Source of the DNA: an uncultured Myxococcales bacterium
Lineage (GTDB): Bacteria > Myxococcota_A > UBA9042 > PHBI01 > JACKFB01
Direction of reading: 5' to 3'
DNA: 28,860 bases
Assembly: GCA_964577445.1 (NCBI GenBank)
Contig: CAZNZH010000002.1
Location: 1 to 28,860 of the forward strand
The notes beneath the pieces are model-generated. The model made no database searches, was not told the origin of the DNA, and was given only the letters and a program-made list of their open reading frames with translations. A program made the position numbers and the translations under genes. Shown here piece after piece: positions 9,962 to 18,529 of this stretch. Position 1 is the first letter of the stretch. Each line of letters begins with the position of its first letter.

Positions 9962-11502
9962 TGGGGCGCAGGCTTCGCAGGTGGCGGGCGCTGGCCTTGG
10001 GCACAGCGGCGGTGGCGGCTTGGGCCGGCGCCGGGGGGTGCGCGGCTGGGTTTTGGGCCCACGGGCTGAGCACCGAGGCGCCGACGAACACCCCGGCGAC
10101 CGCGAACGGGATGGTCCTGGTCATGGGTGAGGCCGGGTGGCGCGTCGCCGCGCAGACCATCGCGAAAGACCTCGGGCAGGCCTATCCCGACGGGCTGATC
10201 TTCGACGCTGGCGCACAAGGGAGCGCGGTCGCCGTCCCCGACGAGTCCACGCTGACGGTCGGGTTCGAGGCCGCCGCGCTGCACACCGGGCCGGTGGAGC
10301 TCCAGGTGGATCCCTTGGGCGTCGTCCTCGAGATCGCGACCGCTCTACAGCCGCTCGAGATGACGGTCGAAGCGGGCGGGCGGGCCCTGTGTGAGGTGAC
10401 CGTCGGGTTCGAGCACGGCCTGCTGCGCGGGCGGCTCGCGTTGACCCGGAGCAAGCTGGGGCGGATCCACGCGGGCGGGCTGAGCGACGTGACGCTCGAC
10501 GCGCCTGAGGCGACGATCGATCTCAGTGATTGCCCGGACCTGGCGGCGGCCTCCGGGGCGAGGTTCACGGATTCAGCGGACCCGGACCTGGCCCAGGCCC
10601 TGCTGGACGCGGTGGGGGCTGAGGCCTTCGCGGCGCTGGGCCCCACCCTGGCGGACACGGTGCCGAGCGCTCTCGGGCTCGACGTGTCGTCGGACGCGAC
10701 CGCTCAGTTCATCGATGGCGTGGGCGAGGGCTGGCTGCGCGCGCGCGTTCGAGCGTCGGAGGCCGAGCAGGGAAACTGGTGGCAGATCGCCGGGGGGCGC
10801 CTCAACGTGCCCTACGCGGTGGCCATCGAGGCGAGAGGGCACCCTTGCGCGGTCGGGGAGGTGCTGGCGCCGCCAGCGGCGCAGTCGATCCCCCAGGTCG
10901 CGGCGGACGCGGCGCTGCTGCTCGCCGACAATGTGCTCGCCTACGCCGTCTGGGGGCTGTGGCGCTCAGGCGGGCTCTGCGGCGAGCGCGCCTCCCGCGA
11001 TCTCCGGTGGCGCGCAGACGAGCTTCTGCCGGGGTGGCCGGCGCTCTCGGCGCTGCCGGCGGACGCGGCCATCACCCTGCGCGTCTGGCCCGACGCGCCG
11101 CCGCAGGTCGTCATCGACACGAGCGCGGCGGGCCCGCGCGCGCGGGTGGCCATCCCGCCGTGGACCCTCGAGCTCTACGCCGACATCGACGGGGCGAGCG
11201 TGCGCTTGGCGACGCTCCGCGCCGGACTCGAGGTCGTCGCCGGGCTCGAGGTCCGCCCCGACCGCTCGGTGTGGCTCGCGCCGGAGTCGGTGACGGTGAA
11301 CGCCACCGGAGCGCAGCCGGGGCTCTTCGCGGCACCACAGCCCGAGATCATCGAGCGGATCGCAGGCCCGCTGGCCAACGCCATCGTCGCCGCCCGCCCG
11401 GTCTGGTGGCTCCCCACCTTCCCGTTGGGCCCCCACGACGTGGTGTCGCACGAAGCGGGCTATCTGGTTTTCGCCTCGCGACCGGCCGGGGGAAGCGATT
11501 GA
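9961..11502 (+). CDS. BPI/LBP/CETP-like (TULIP fold) putative lipid-binding lipoprotein, about 513 aa
   Basis: TGATG overlap with the previous gene; lipobox AGGC. Segments resembling BPI/LBP: NGMVLVMGEAGWRVAAQTIAKDL, ALLLADNVLAYAVWGLWRSGGL, LRVWPDAPPQVVI, and terminal HEAGYLVFAS. Confidence 0.6.
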   Translation: MGRRLRRWRALALGTAAVAAWAGAGGCAAGFWAHGLSTEAPTNTPATANGMVLVMGEAGWRVAAQTIAKDLGQAYPDGLIFDAGAQGSAVAVPDESTLTVGFEAAALHTGPVELQVDPLGVVLEIATALQPLEMTVEAGGRALCEVTVGFEHGLLRGRLALTRSKLGRIHAGGLSDVTLDAPEATIDLSDCPDLAAASGARFTDSADPDLAQALLDAVGAEAFAALGPTLADTVPSALGLDVSSDATAQFIDGVGEGWLRARVRASEAEQGNWWQIAGGRLNVPYAVAIEARGHPCAVGEVLAPPAAQSIPQVAADAALLLADNVLAYAVWGLWRSGGLCGERASRDLRWRADELLPGWPALSALPADAAITLRVWPDAPPQVVIDTSAAGPRARVAIPPWTLELYADIDGASVRLATLRAGLEVVAGLEVRPDRSVWLAPESVTVNATGAQPGLFAAPQPEIIERIAGPLANAIVAARPVWWLPTFPLGPHDVVSHEAGYLVFASRPAGGSD

Positions 11503-11527
11503 CAGCGACGCGAGGCGCCCGTAAACC
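11499..11527 (+). promoter_or_regulatory. sigma70/SigA promoter overlapping the stop codon of the BPI-like gene
   Basis: TTGACA-N17-TAAACC. The TGA stop (11500-11502) lies inside the -35 box. Confidence 0.55.
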
Positions 11528-11627
11528 GAGGCTTGGCCCGTCGAGGGCTGGCGGGGACCCGTCCGGGATGAACCGCGTGGCGTCGCGGGTTGGGCAGCCG
11601 GCGCTCTGGTGGCCGTGGGAGAAGACG

Positions 11628-12347
11628 ATGCGCGCATGGTTCGCGACCTTCACAGGCGCTCTTTTGCTGACGATCCCCGCGATGATGCCGGGTGGTGAGC
11701 CCGCAGCCGCTGCGGAACCCACCGGCACGGTCATCTATGAGGGCAAGCTCCAGGACGCCAAGCGAAACCCCGTCGGGGGGGTGTTTCCGCTGACATTTTC
11801 CCTGCACCAGGGGCCGAAGGGCGGCAAGTCGCTGTGGACCGAGAGCCACTTCGTCGCCGTGGACAGCGGCCGCTACGTGACGCGGCTGGGCGAGAAGCGC
11901 CCCATCCCGCCGAACGTGGACATCGCGCAGATCTACCTCGCCGTCTCGATCACCGGCGGTGACGAGATCGTCCGCGAGCGGCTCGATCCCACCGCGCGGA
12001 CGGAGCCGGAGGCCGCGGGGCCGCCCGGGCGGGGCGACGCAGCCGCGCCGGGCGGGCGCAAGGTGGTGGACTACGCGGAGACCGCCGGGCTCGCCTACGA
12101 GGCCGAGCACGCCAAGGTCGCCGACCGGGTCGGGTCGATGAGCGCCGCCGACATCGAGGAGAAGCTCAAGGCGAGCAGCGGTCGGGTCACGCTGGGTTCG
12201 AAGACGCGCTTCACCGCGCGGGCCGGCGGCGAAGGCGGCGTGGCGTACGAGGTGAAATGCCCCAAGGGTTACGTGGTGACCGGCATGCGCGGCGGCTCGG
12301 GGCTGTACCTCGATTCGGCGCAGCTCATCTGTAGCCCGCTGGAGTAG
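11628..12347 (+). CDS. Exported miniature fibre/adhesin-like protein with jacalin-like C-terminal repeat, 239 aa
   Basis: GGAGA RBS; signal peptide; YEGKLQDAKRNPVGGVFPLTFSL...LWTE...VDSGRY...LG domain; YAETAGLAYEAEHAKVADRV fibre-like repeat; tip AGGEGG...CPKGYVVTGMRGGSGLYLDS. Confidence 0.6.
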   Translation: MRAWFATFTGALLLTIPAMMPGGEPAAAAEPTGTVIYEGKLQDAKRNPVGGVFPLTFSLHQGPKGGKSLWTESHFVAVDSGRYVTRLGEKRPIPPNVDIAQIYLAVSITGGDEIVRERLDPTARTEPEAAGPPGRGDAAAPGGRKVVDYAETAGLAYEAEHAKVADRVGSMSAADIEEKLKASSGRVTLGSKTRFTARAGGEGGVAYEVKCPKGYVVTGMRGGSGLYLDSAQLICSPLE

Positions 12348-12350
12348 GCG

Positions 12351-13553
12351 GTGCACCGGACGCACGGTCGCGCGCGCTCTGCGGTGTGCCTGCTGGGGCT
12401 GGGGCTCGCGCTGGTCGCCACCGCCCCGCCGGCGTCGGCGCAGTCGGACACGGACAAGGCCAAGGCGGGCGCGCTCGTCGAAAAGGGCCTCGAGAAGGCG
12501 CGCGACGGCAAGTTCGCCGAGGCGGTGCCGCTGTTTGACCGAGCGTTCAAGCTCTATCCGCATCCCGAGATCCTGCACAACCTGGCGCGCGCCCATGAGG
12601 AGCTGGGGCAGCTTCCGCTCGCCCTGGACGAGTTTCGCCGGGCGCTGGAGATGGACAAGGACTACACGTTCGCCGGCGACGCCCAAAAGCGCGTCGTCGA
12701 TATCCCGGCGCGGCTGCGAAAGACCCACGGCCTGGTGCGCGTGACCTCGACGCCGGCCCAGGTGGAGTTGACCTTGAGCGTCGACGGCCGGCCCTTTGAG
12801 GCGCACCTGGTGACGCCGGCTGAGCGCTGGGTGCCCGCGGGCCGGCTGAAGGTGAGCGGCACGCGGCCCGGATACGTCGATGGCGCCGAGGAGATCGACG
12901 TGGTCGCCGGGTCGGAGCCGAACGTGGAGCTGGTGCTGCCGCCGATCGCACGCAAGGGTTTCATCGCGGTCGTGACGACGGTGCAGGGCGGGACGATCCG
13001 CATCGACGGCGAGCTGGTGGGCGCCGCGCCCCTCGAGACGACGCCGCTGGCCGCCGGAGTTCACACGGTGCGCGTGGAGGCGAGGGGATATCAGGCCTTT
13101 GAGGAGCGCATCGTGGTGGAGCCGGACCGCGAGATCGTGGTGAAGGCGACCCTGCTACGGCTCGGTGGCGGCCCAGGCGACACGGAGCGCTTGGGGCCCA
13201 AGCCGACGCTCGGCGCGGCGCTCATCGGCGGTGGGCTTGGGGTGGCCGTCGTCGGCGCGGTGCTTCACGGCTTGGCGTTCAAAGACGCCAAGGACGCCAG
13301 CGAGGTTGACAACAACCCCCTGTCGACCGCGGACGACGCGCGCTTTGATTCGTTGAAGGGAAAAGCTGAGACGAAGCAGGCTGTGGCGTTCGCGTCCTAC
13401 GGCGTCGGCGCGGCGCTGGCCGGCGTGGGCATCTATTTCCTGGTAAGAAAGCCCCGCGCAGGCCAGAAGACCGAGGCGGCGGCGCCGCGGTTGACCCCGG
13501 TGGTCGCTGTCGAGCGCGGCGGGCTGGGTCTCGGCGCGCGACTCTCATTCTGA
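12351..13553 (+). CDS. TPR + PEGA domain exported protein, 400 aa (same architecture as 4219..5361)
   Basis: GTG start; signal peptide; TPR (AVPLFDRAFKLYPHPEILHNLARAHEELG); PEGA repeats (VQGGTIRIDGELVGAAP...AGVHTVRVEARGY); hydrophobic hairpin; C-terminal GARLSF. Confidence 0.85.
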   Translation: MHRTHGRARSAVCLLGLGLALVATAPPASAQSDTDKAKAGALVEKGLEKARDGKFAEAVPLFDRAFKLYPHPEILHNLARAHEELGQLPLALDEFRRALEMDKDYTFAGDAQKRVVDIPARLRKTHGLVRVTSTPAQVELTLSVDGRPFEAHLVTPAERWVPAGRLKVSGTRPGYVDGAEEIDVVAGSEPNVELVLPPIARKGFIAVVTTVQGGTIRIDGELVGAAPLETTPLAAGVHTVRVEARGYQAFEERIVVEPDREIVVKATLLRLGGGPGDTERLGPKPTLGAALIGGGLGVAVVGAVLHGLAFKDAKDASEVDNNPLSTADDARFDSLKGKAETKQAVAFASYGVGAALAGVGIYFLVRKPRAGQKTEAAAPRLTPVVAVERGGLGLGARLSF

Positions 13554-13564
13554 ACGGATCACCC

Positions 13565-14317
13565 GTGCAGCGTTTTCGTACTGCCATCATCGTCGGAGCC
13601 TCCTCGGGCATCGGCCGCGCCATCGCGCGTCAGCTAGCGGCTGGCGGCACCAGGGTTGCGCTCCTGGCCCGCCGGCGGGGCGAGCTGGCCGAGGCCCAAG
13701 CCGAGATCGCCACGGCGGGCGGGCACGCCATCGTGCGAGTCCACGACGTGTGCGACACCGACGCCATCCCGGCCCTCTTCGACGATCTCGTCGCCGAGCT
13801 CGGCGGGCTGGACCTGCTGGTCTACGCTGCGGGGGCTCTGCCGGCCGTGGCCGAGCACGAGTACGACTTCGAGCGCGACAGGCTGACCATCGACGTAAAC
13901 CTGCTGGGCGCCATGGCGTGGCTGAACCCCGCCGCAGCGCACATGGAAGGCGCCCGTGCGGGGACGTTGCTAGGCATATCATCCATTGCTGGAGAGCGCG
14001 GCCGGCGCGCCAATCCGGCATATTGCACTGCGAAGGCGGGGCTGACGACCTATCTGGAGTCGCTGCGCAACCGCTGCTCGCGTTACGGCGTGGACGTCGT
14101 CACGGTCAAGCCGGGCTTCGTCGACACCGCCATGAGCGCCAATCTGGCAGGCCATCCGCCGGGGCTCGCCCCCATCCCGGTGGAGGTGGCCGCCCGCCAG
14201 TGCCTCGCGCTGGCCTCGGGCGGCTCGCGCGCGGGCTATGTGCCCAAACGCTGGGCCCTGGTCGCCTTCATCGTGCGAAACATCCCGTCGTGGCTGTTCC
14301 GCCGCACCAACGTGTGA
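13565..14317 (+). CDS. dprE2: SDR oxidoreductase, DprE2-like (polyprenylphosphoryl-2-keto-pentose reductase), 250 aa
   Basis: GASSGIG Rossmann motif; SSIAGERGRRANPAYCTAKAGL (YxxxK), closely like the equivalent segment of mycobacterial DprE2; VKPGFVDT; adjacent to a DprE1-like gene. Confidence 0.75.
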   Translation: MQRFRTAIIVGASSGIGRAIARQLAAGGTRVALLARRRGELAEAQAEIATAGGHAIVRVHDVCDTDAIPALFDDLVAELGGLDLLVYAAGALPAVAEHEYDFERDRLTIDVNLLGAMAWLNPAAAHMEGARAGTLLGISSIAGERGRRANPAYCTAKAGLTTYLESLRNRCSRYGVDVVTVKPGFVDTAMSANLAGHPPGLAPIPVEVAARQCLALASGGSRAGYVPKRWALVAFIVRNIPSWLFRRTNV

Positions 14318-14321
14318 CCCG

Positions 14322-15788
14322 GTGAGGCGACGCCCCGGCGCTGTGTTGCCGCTCCCCAACGGCCCGCGCGCGGCGCTGGACGGCTTCGGGCGCGCCGTGG
14401 GCTCGGCGGCGGTCCTTCACGCGCCCCAGAGCATCGACGCCCTCAAGGCGCTGGTGTCGCAGGCCGCCGCCGAGCGCATCCCGCTGGCCTTTCGCGGCGC
14501 CGGCCGCAGCTACGGCGACGCGGCGCTCAATGGCGGCCACCTCGTCATCGACACCCAGAAGCTCGACCGCGTGCTCGCCTGGGACCCCGAGTCCGGCGTC
14601 ATCGACGTCGAGCCCGGCGTGACCATCGAGGGCCTGTGGCGCGCGACCATGGCCGACGGCTACTGGCCCTGGGTGGTCCCCGGGACGATGTTCCCGACCA
14701 TCGCCGGCTGCGTCGCCATGAACATCCACGGCAAAAACCACTTCCGCGCGGGCCCTTTTGGCGAACACGTCCTCGATTTCGACCTGCTGACGCCCGCCGG
14801 CGAGGTGCTGCGCTGCTCGCGCGAGGACAACGCCGACGTCTTCCGGGCCGCCATCGGAGGCTTCGGGATGCTCGGCGCCTTCACGCGAATTCGGCTGAAG
14901 CTCCACCGCGTCCACTCGGGAAACCTGCGAGTCGAGGGCCTCGCCGTCCCCAACCTCGACGCGCTCTTCGACGCCTTCGACGCGCGGCTGCCCGACGCCG
15001 ACTACCTCGTCGGCTGGACGGACTGCTTCGCCCGCGGCAAGAGCCTCGGCCGCTCGGTCATCCACGCGGCCCACCACCTCGCCCCGGGCGAAGATCCCGA
15101 CAGCGCGCGCACCCTGGACCCCCACGCCCAGGATCTCCCCGACCGCTTCTTCGGCGTCATCCCGCGCGGGCTGATGTGGCGGCTCTTGCGCCCATGGGTC
15201 AACGACGCCGGCATCCGCATCGTCAACGCCACGAAGTTCGCCTCGTCGCGCCTCCTCGATCGGCCCGGGCGCACGTTTTTACAGTCCCACGTGGCCTTCG
15301 CCTTCCTGCTCGACTACGTGCCGCGCTGGCGCGACGCCTACGGCTTGGGCGGCTTCATCCAGGTGCAGCCCTTCATCCCCGCCGACGGCGCGCGCCAGGT
15401 GATGCGCCGCATCCTCGAGACCTGCCACGAGCACGGCGTCACCCCGTACCTGGGCGTCTTCAAGCGCCACCGCGCCGACGAGTTCCTGCTGTCCCACGCG
15501 CTGGACGGCTACTCCATGGCGATGGACTTCCGCGTGACGGCGAAAAACCGCGAGCGGGTCTGGAGGCTCGGCCAGGCCATCGGCGACCTCGTCGTGGCCA
15601 GCGGCGGCCGCTTCTACTTCGCCAAAGACGCGGTCGCGCGCCCCGAGCAGGTCCTCGCCAGCTTCGGCCCCGAGCGGGTCGCCGCCTTCGCCGCGATCAA
15701 GCGCCACCTCGACCCCAGCGGCCTGCTCTCGAGCGAGCTGAGCCGCCGCGTGCTGCCCGCCCTCCCCGTGCTCGACGACCTGACCTAG
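14322..15788 (+). CDS. dprE1: FAD-linked oxidoreductase, DprE1-like (polyprenylphosphoryl-ribose 2'-oxidase), about 488 aa; start uncertain
   Basis: RGAGRSYGDAALN, VVPGT, IHGKNHF, GGFGMLG, GFIQVQ, GYSMAMDF, GGRFYFAKD and DPSGLLSSELSRR all match DprE1 family motifs. Confidence 0.8.
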   Translation: MRRRPGAVLPLPNGPRAALDGFGRAVGSAAVLHAPQSIDALKALVSQAAAERIPLAFRGAGRSYGDAALNGGHLVIDTQKLDRVLAWDPESGVIDVEPGVTIEGLWRATMADGYWPWVVPGTMFPTIAGCVAMNIHGKNHFRAGPFGEHVLDFDLLTPAGEVLRCSREDNADVFRAAIGGFGMLGAFTRIRLKLHRVHSGNLRVEGLAVPNLDALFDAFDARLPDADYLVGWTDCFARGKSLGRSVIHAAHHLAPGEDPDSARTLDPHAQDLPDRFFGVIPRGLMWRLLRPWVNDAGIRIVNATKFASSRLLDRPGRTFLQSHVAFAFLLDYVPRWRDAYGLGGFIQVQPFIPADGARQVMRRILETCHEHGVTPYLGVFKRHRADEFLLSHALDGYSMAMDFRVTAKNRERVWRLGQAIGDLVVASGGRFYFAKDAVARPEQVLASFGPERVAAFAAIKRHLDPSGLLSSELSRRVLPALPVLDDLT

Positions 15789-15898
15789 GGGCTGAAACCC
15801 CAGTCGGCAGAGGCGCGACCACCGAGCCGGCGAGCTCCCTCCGATGCTCTCTATTTTCCGTGAGCCCCGGTCTCACTGCCCGTTGGCACGAAGGGTTA

Positions 15899-15922
15899 CG
15901 GTCGCCCTCCACGGGGCGACCG
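15899..15922. terminator. GC-rich 9-bp hairpin downstream of the dprE1-like gene
   Basis: cggtcgccc-tccacg-gggcgaccg. No clear U-tract. Confidence 0.4.
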
Positions 15923-15929
15923 CGCGTCC

Positions 15930-15958
15930 TTGCTGCGGCAGATTGCGCCGTGTATGGT
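15930..15958 (+). promoter_or_regulatory. sigma70-like promoter for the FG-GAP/ASPIC gene
   Basis: TTGCTG-N17-TATGGT. Confidence 0.35.
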
Positions 15959-16117
15959 GGAAGGTGAATCGCCCTCGGTCACATGGATAACGCGTAGAGG
16001 CGATGCTGGCTCGCGGCCCGCTGCGGGCCACGGAACCAAGAGGTGGGGACACGCAGCATGGGGGCAGCCACGACAGAGGCGAACCTGCGTGGCGGTGACT
16101 GCGCTAAATCCAGGTCT

Positions 16118-17944
16118 GTGCGCGCCCGCTGGGATGCGCCCCGACTCGTTGCTGCGTGCGCCGTGGCGCTCTTGGTGGGGTGTACTGCTGCGGGGCCCTC
16201 GGTCAGCGGACCGGAAGTCGATGCGGTCGAGGTCGACGCCGCGTCGCCACCGTCGGATGCGCTGCTCGACACGTCGCCCGAAAGCACCGGCGACGCCGGC
16301 CCGCCGGATGCCGTCGAACCCAGGAGCATTCTCGACGGCCCGAACGACGGATGCCGGGTGTGCGCCCCGGCGCCCGTCGCGAGCCCGGCCAGCCTCGTGG
16401 CGTACGGGGACCTGCGCCTCAGCGCGCTCTCGCCCAGCAAGATGGGCGCGCGCTGCCTCGTCGTCGAGGATCTGGATGGCGACGGAGCGCTCGACTTGCT
16501 CTACACGACCCATGGCCAGCCGCCGAACACGACAGCGACGATTGTCTGGGGCCCGATGACGAAGGATTCGGATCAGAGCACGGTTGAGATTCCGGTCGGC
16601 TCGTACTCGATCTGGAGTTGCACGGCGTTCGACATCGACGACGACGGCGATCTGGATATCCTTATCGGGTCCACCTCGTCGATCCTCTCACTTCGCACGG
16701 TCGCACCTCGCACTTACGTCGCGACGACGGACGTTGTGGAGTTCAATCCCTCGGCCCCCCTGGTGCCAATCCGCTTCATCATGCCGCTGGACCTCGACGG
16801 CAAGCCTCCGTTGGACATCGTGGCCGGGGGGTCGGGGGAGTTCATCGACTGTTTCGCCTTCTCGCATCCGAGCGACCCGGGTCACGGCGAGAACGTGTTT
16901 CTCAAACCGCTGTTCGAGCTGGTCGGATGGTCCGCGTGTTCCATTGCCGACGGTAAGGGCGAGTTTTGGCGCGACGAGAACCGGCCGTGCGCAGCGAGCG
17001 CGAACGGGCAATGGCTCGTCTCGCACCAGAGCGACTTCAACCTGGATGGACGGCCGGAGGTGCTACTGGGTGAGGACTTCGGAACCAATGCGTTGTTCGT
17101 GTCGGAGAAGGGGCGGTGGGTCGAGTCCGCCGCGACCGCGGGCCTGGCTGAGCCCACGCACACCATGGGAATCGCGACTGCGGACTTCGACGGCGATGGA
17201 CGCAACGACATCTACATGACCGATGTGGGCCCGGATCGTCTCCATCTCCAGAGCACGTGTCGCACGTTCGAGGACGCGTCGCTGATCTCGGGGGTGGCGG
17301 TCGCGACGGATCGCACCATAAGCTGGGGTATTGGCGCAGGGGACATCGACCACAATGGCGCCGTAGACCTCTTCGTCAGTAATTCATTGGTCGCAGCGCC
17401 CGGTGCTTTCGTTACGCCCGCCAACACGGAGACGGCGAGCTGTTATTGGCCCGAGCGCGCTCCGATTCAGTTCCATTCGCTTTTGATGAATCGGGGGGAC
17501 GCGACATTTGCCGCCACCGAGATACCGCACCTGCCCGGCTACCGCGCTGACTGGGACCAGATCAACGTAGCGACCGGAGACCTCGACGCGGACGGAGACC
17601 TGGACTTTGTTGTGGTCGAACACGATCAGCCGGTCGCCATCTACTGGAATGACGTGCCCAAGGCGGGTCGATGGCTACAGGTCGTGGCGCGGGACCTCCG
17701 TGGCCGGCCGGTCCTCGGCGCCACGGTGGTGGTCCGCCACGCGGGAGGCGGCGAGCGCTTTCGGGAGCTGACGGGCCAGTATGCGGTATCGGGTCACTCG
17801 GCGATTCGAGCACACTTCGGCCTTGGCGACGATCCCGCTCCGGTCGTCGTGGAGGTACGTTGGCCGCACGGCGCCGTCACGACCGTCTCGGGCGTGGCCG
17901 TCGACCAGGTGCTGCAGGTCACCGCCGACTCGGCGAACCCCTGA
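16118..17944 (+). CDS. CRTAC1-like lipoprotein: seven FG-GAP/VCBS Ca-binding repeats plus ASPIC/UnbV domain (ORF open from 16043)
   Basis: DLDGDGALD, DIDDDGDLD, DLDGKPPLD, DFNLDGRPE, DFDGDGRND, DIDHNGAVD and DLDADGDLD; C-terminal WLQV...GATVVV...AHFGLG...VEVRWP. GTG 16118 gives a 22-aa signal ending LLVGC. Confidence 0.85.
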   Translation: MRARWDAPRLVAACAVALLVGCTAAGPSVSGPEVDAVEVDAASPPSDALLDTSPESTGDAGPPDAVEPRSILDGPNDGCRVCAPAPVASPASLVAYGDLRLSALSPSKMGARCLVVEDLDGDGALDLLYTTHGQPPNTTATIVWGPMTKDSDQSTVEIPVGSYSIWSCTAFDIDDDGDLDILIGSTSSILSLRTVAPRTYVATTDVVEFNPSAPLVPIRFIMPLDLDGKPPLDIVAGGSGEFIDCFAFSHPSDPGHGENVFLKPLFELVGWSACSIADGKGEFWRDENRPCAASANGQWLVSHQSDFNLDGRPEVLLGEDFGTNALFVSEKGRWVESAATAGLAEPTHTMGIATADFDGDGRNDIYMTDVGPDRLHLQSTCRTFEDASLISGVAVATDRTISWGIGAGDIDHNGAVDLFVSNSLVAAPGAFVTPANTETASCYWPERAPIQFHSLLMNRGDATFAATEIPHLPGYRADWDQINVATGDLDADGDLDFVVVEHDQPVAIYWNDVPKAGRWLQVVARDLRGRPVLGATVVVRHAGGGERFRELTGQYAVSGHSAIRAHFGLGDDPAPVVVEVRWPHGAVTTVSGVAVDQVLQVTADSANP

Positions 17945-18028
17945 ACAGCGAGCGGGCGGAGGCAACGGAGCCCCAGGTGTGCCGCAGGCAGGACGGAGCG
18001 ACCTTCAGGGTGGCCGCGACGTCGATGG

Positions 18029-18529
18029 TCAAGGGCTCTTGCCGGGGCGCACCAGGACGGGGAATTCGACTGTCGTGGTCTCGGTGAGGTCGGGTGCGGT
18101 GGTCTCAAGCCGGAGCACGAGCTCGCGGTTGGCGAAGAGCTCATAGGGCTCGGTGACCAGAAAGATGTTGTATATATACGCGATTCCGCTGCTCTCACGT
18201 GTCACGGAGCGCGGCCTGCGGAAGCGCAACTCCGCCAGCGCGATGTCGCCCTCGTAGAGTCCGATGACATACACCGCCTGGTCGAACGGATAGTTCTCAA
18301 ACACCGCGGTGAGCACGACCATCCACGAGCCCTGGTGGCCGAAGACGAGCGAGAGTTCGTCGTGCGGCCCGAGGAGATCGACCTCGCTGGGGTCCTCCGA
18401 TCCTGGAGGCTGGGTGCCGATGCGCACGATGGTGCCGATATCGGGGGCCCCTGCGCTGGTGCCGTCACAGGCGCCGACCGCGAGCCACGCCAAGCAGATG
18501 GCGACCCTTGCAGTGTACCGCGTCCTCAT
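18029..18529 (-). CDS. Hypothetical lipoprotein, 166 aa
   Basis: Lipobox VGAC; LVFGHQGSWMVVL motif; beta-rich mature domain. Confidence 0.7.
   Translation of the reverse strand: MRTRYTARVAICLAWLAVGACDGTSAGAPDIGTIVRIGTQPPGSEDPSEVDLLGPHDELSLVFGHQGSWMVVLTAVFENYPFDQAVYVIGLYEGDIALAELRFRRPRSVTRESSGIAYIYNIFLVTEPYELFANRELVLRLETTAPDLTETTTVEFPVLVRPGKSP

Noticed and set aside
15884-15900. sigma54 promoter TGGCACG
   Set aside because: The -12 TTGC element is absent at the required spacing.
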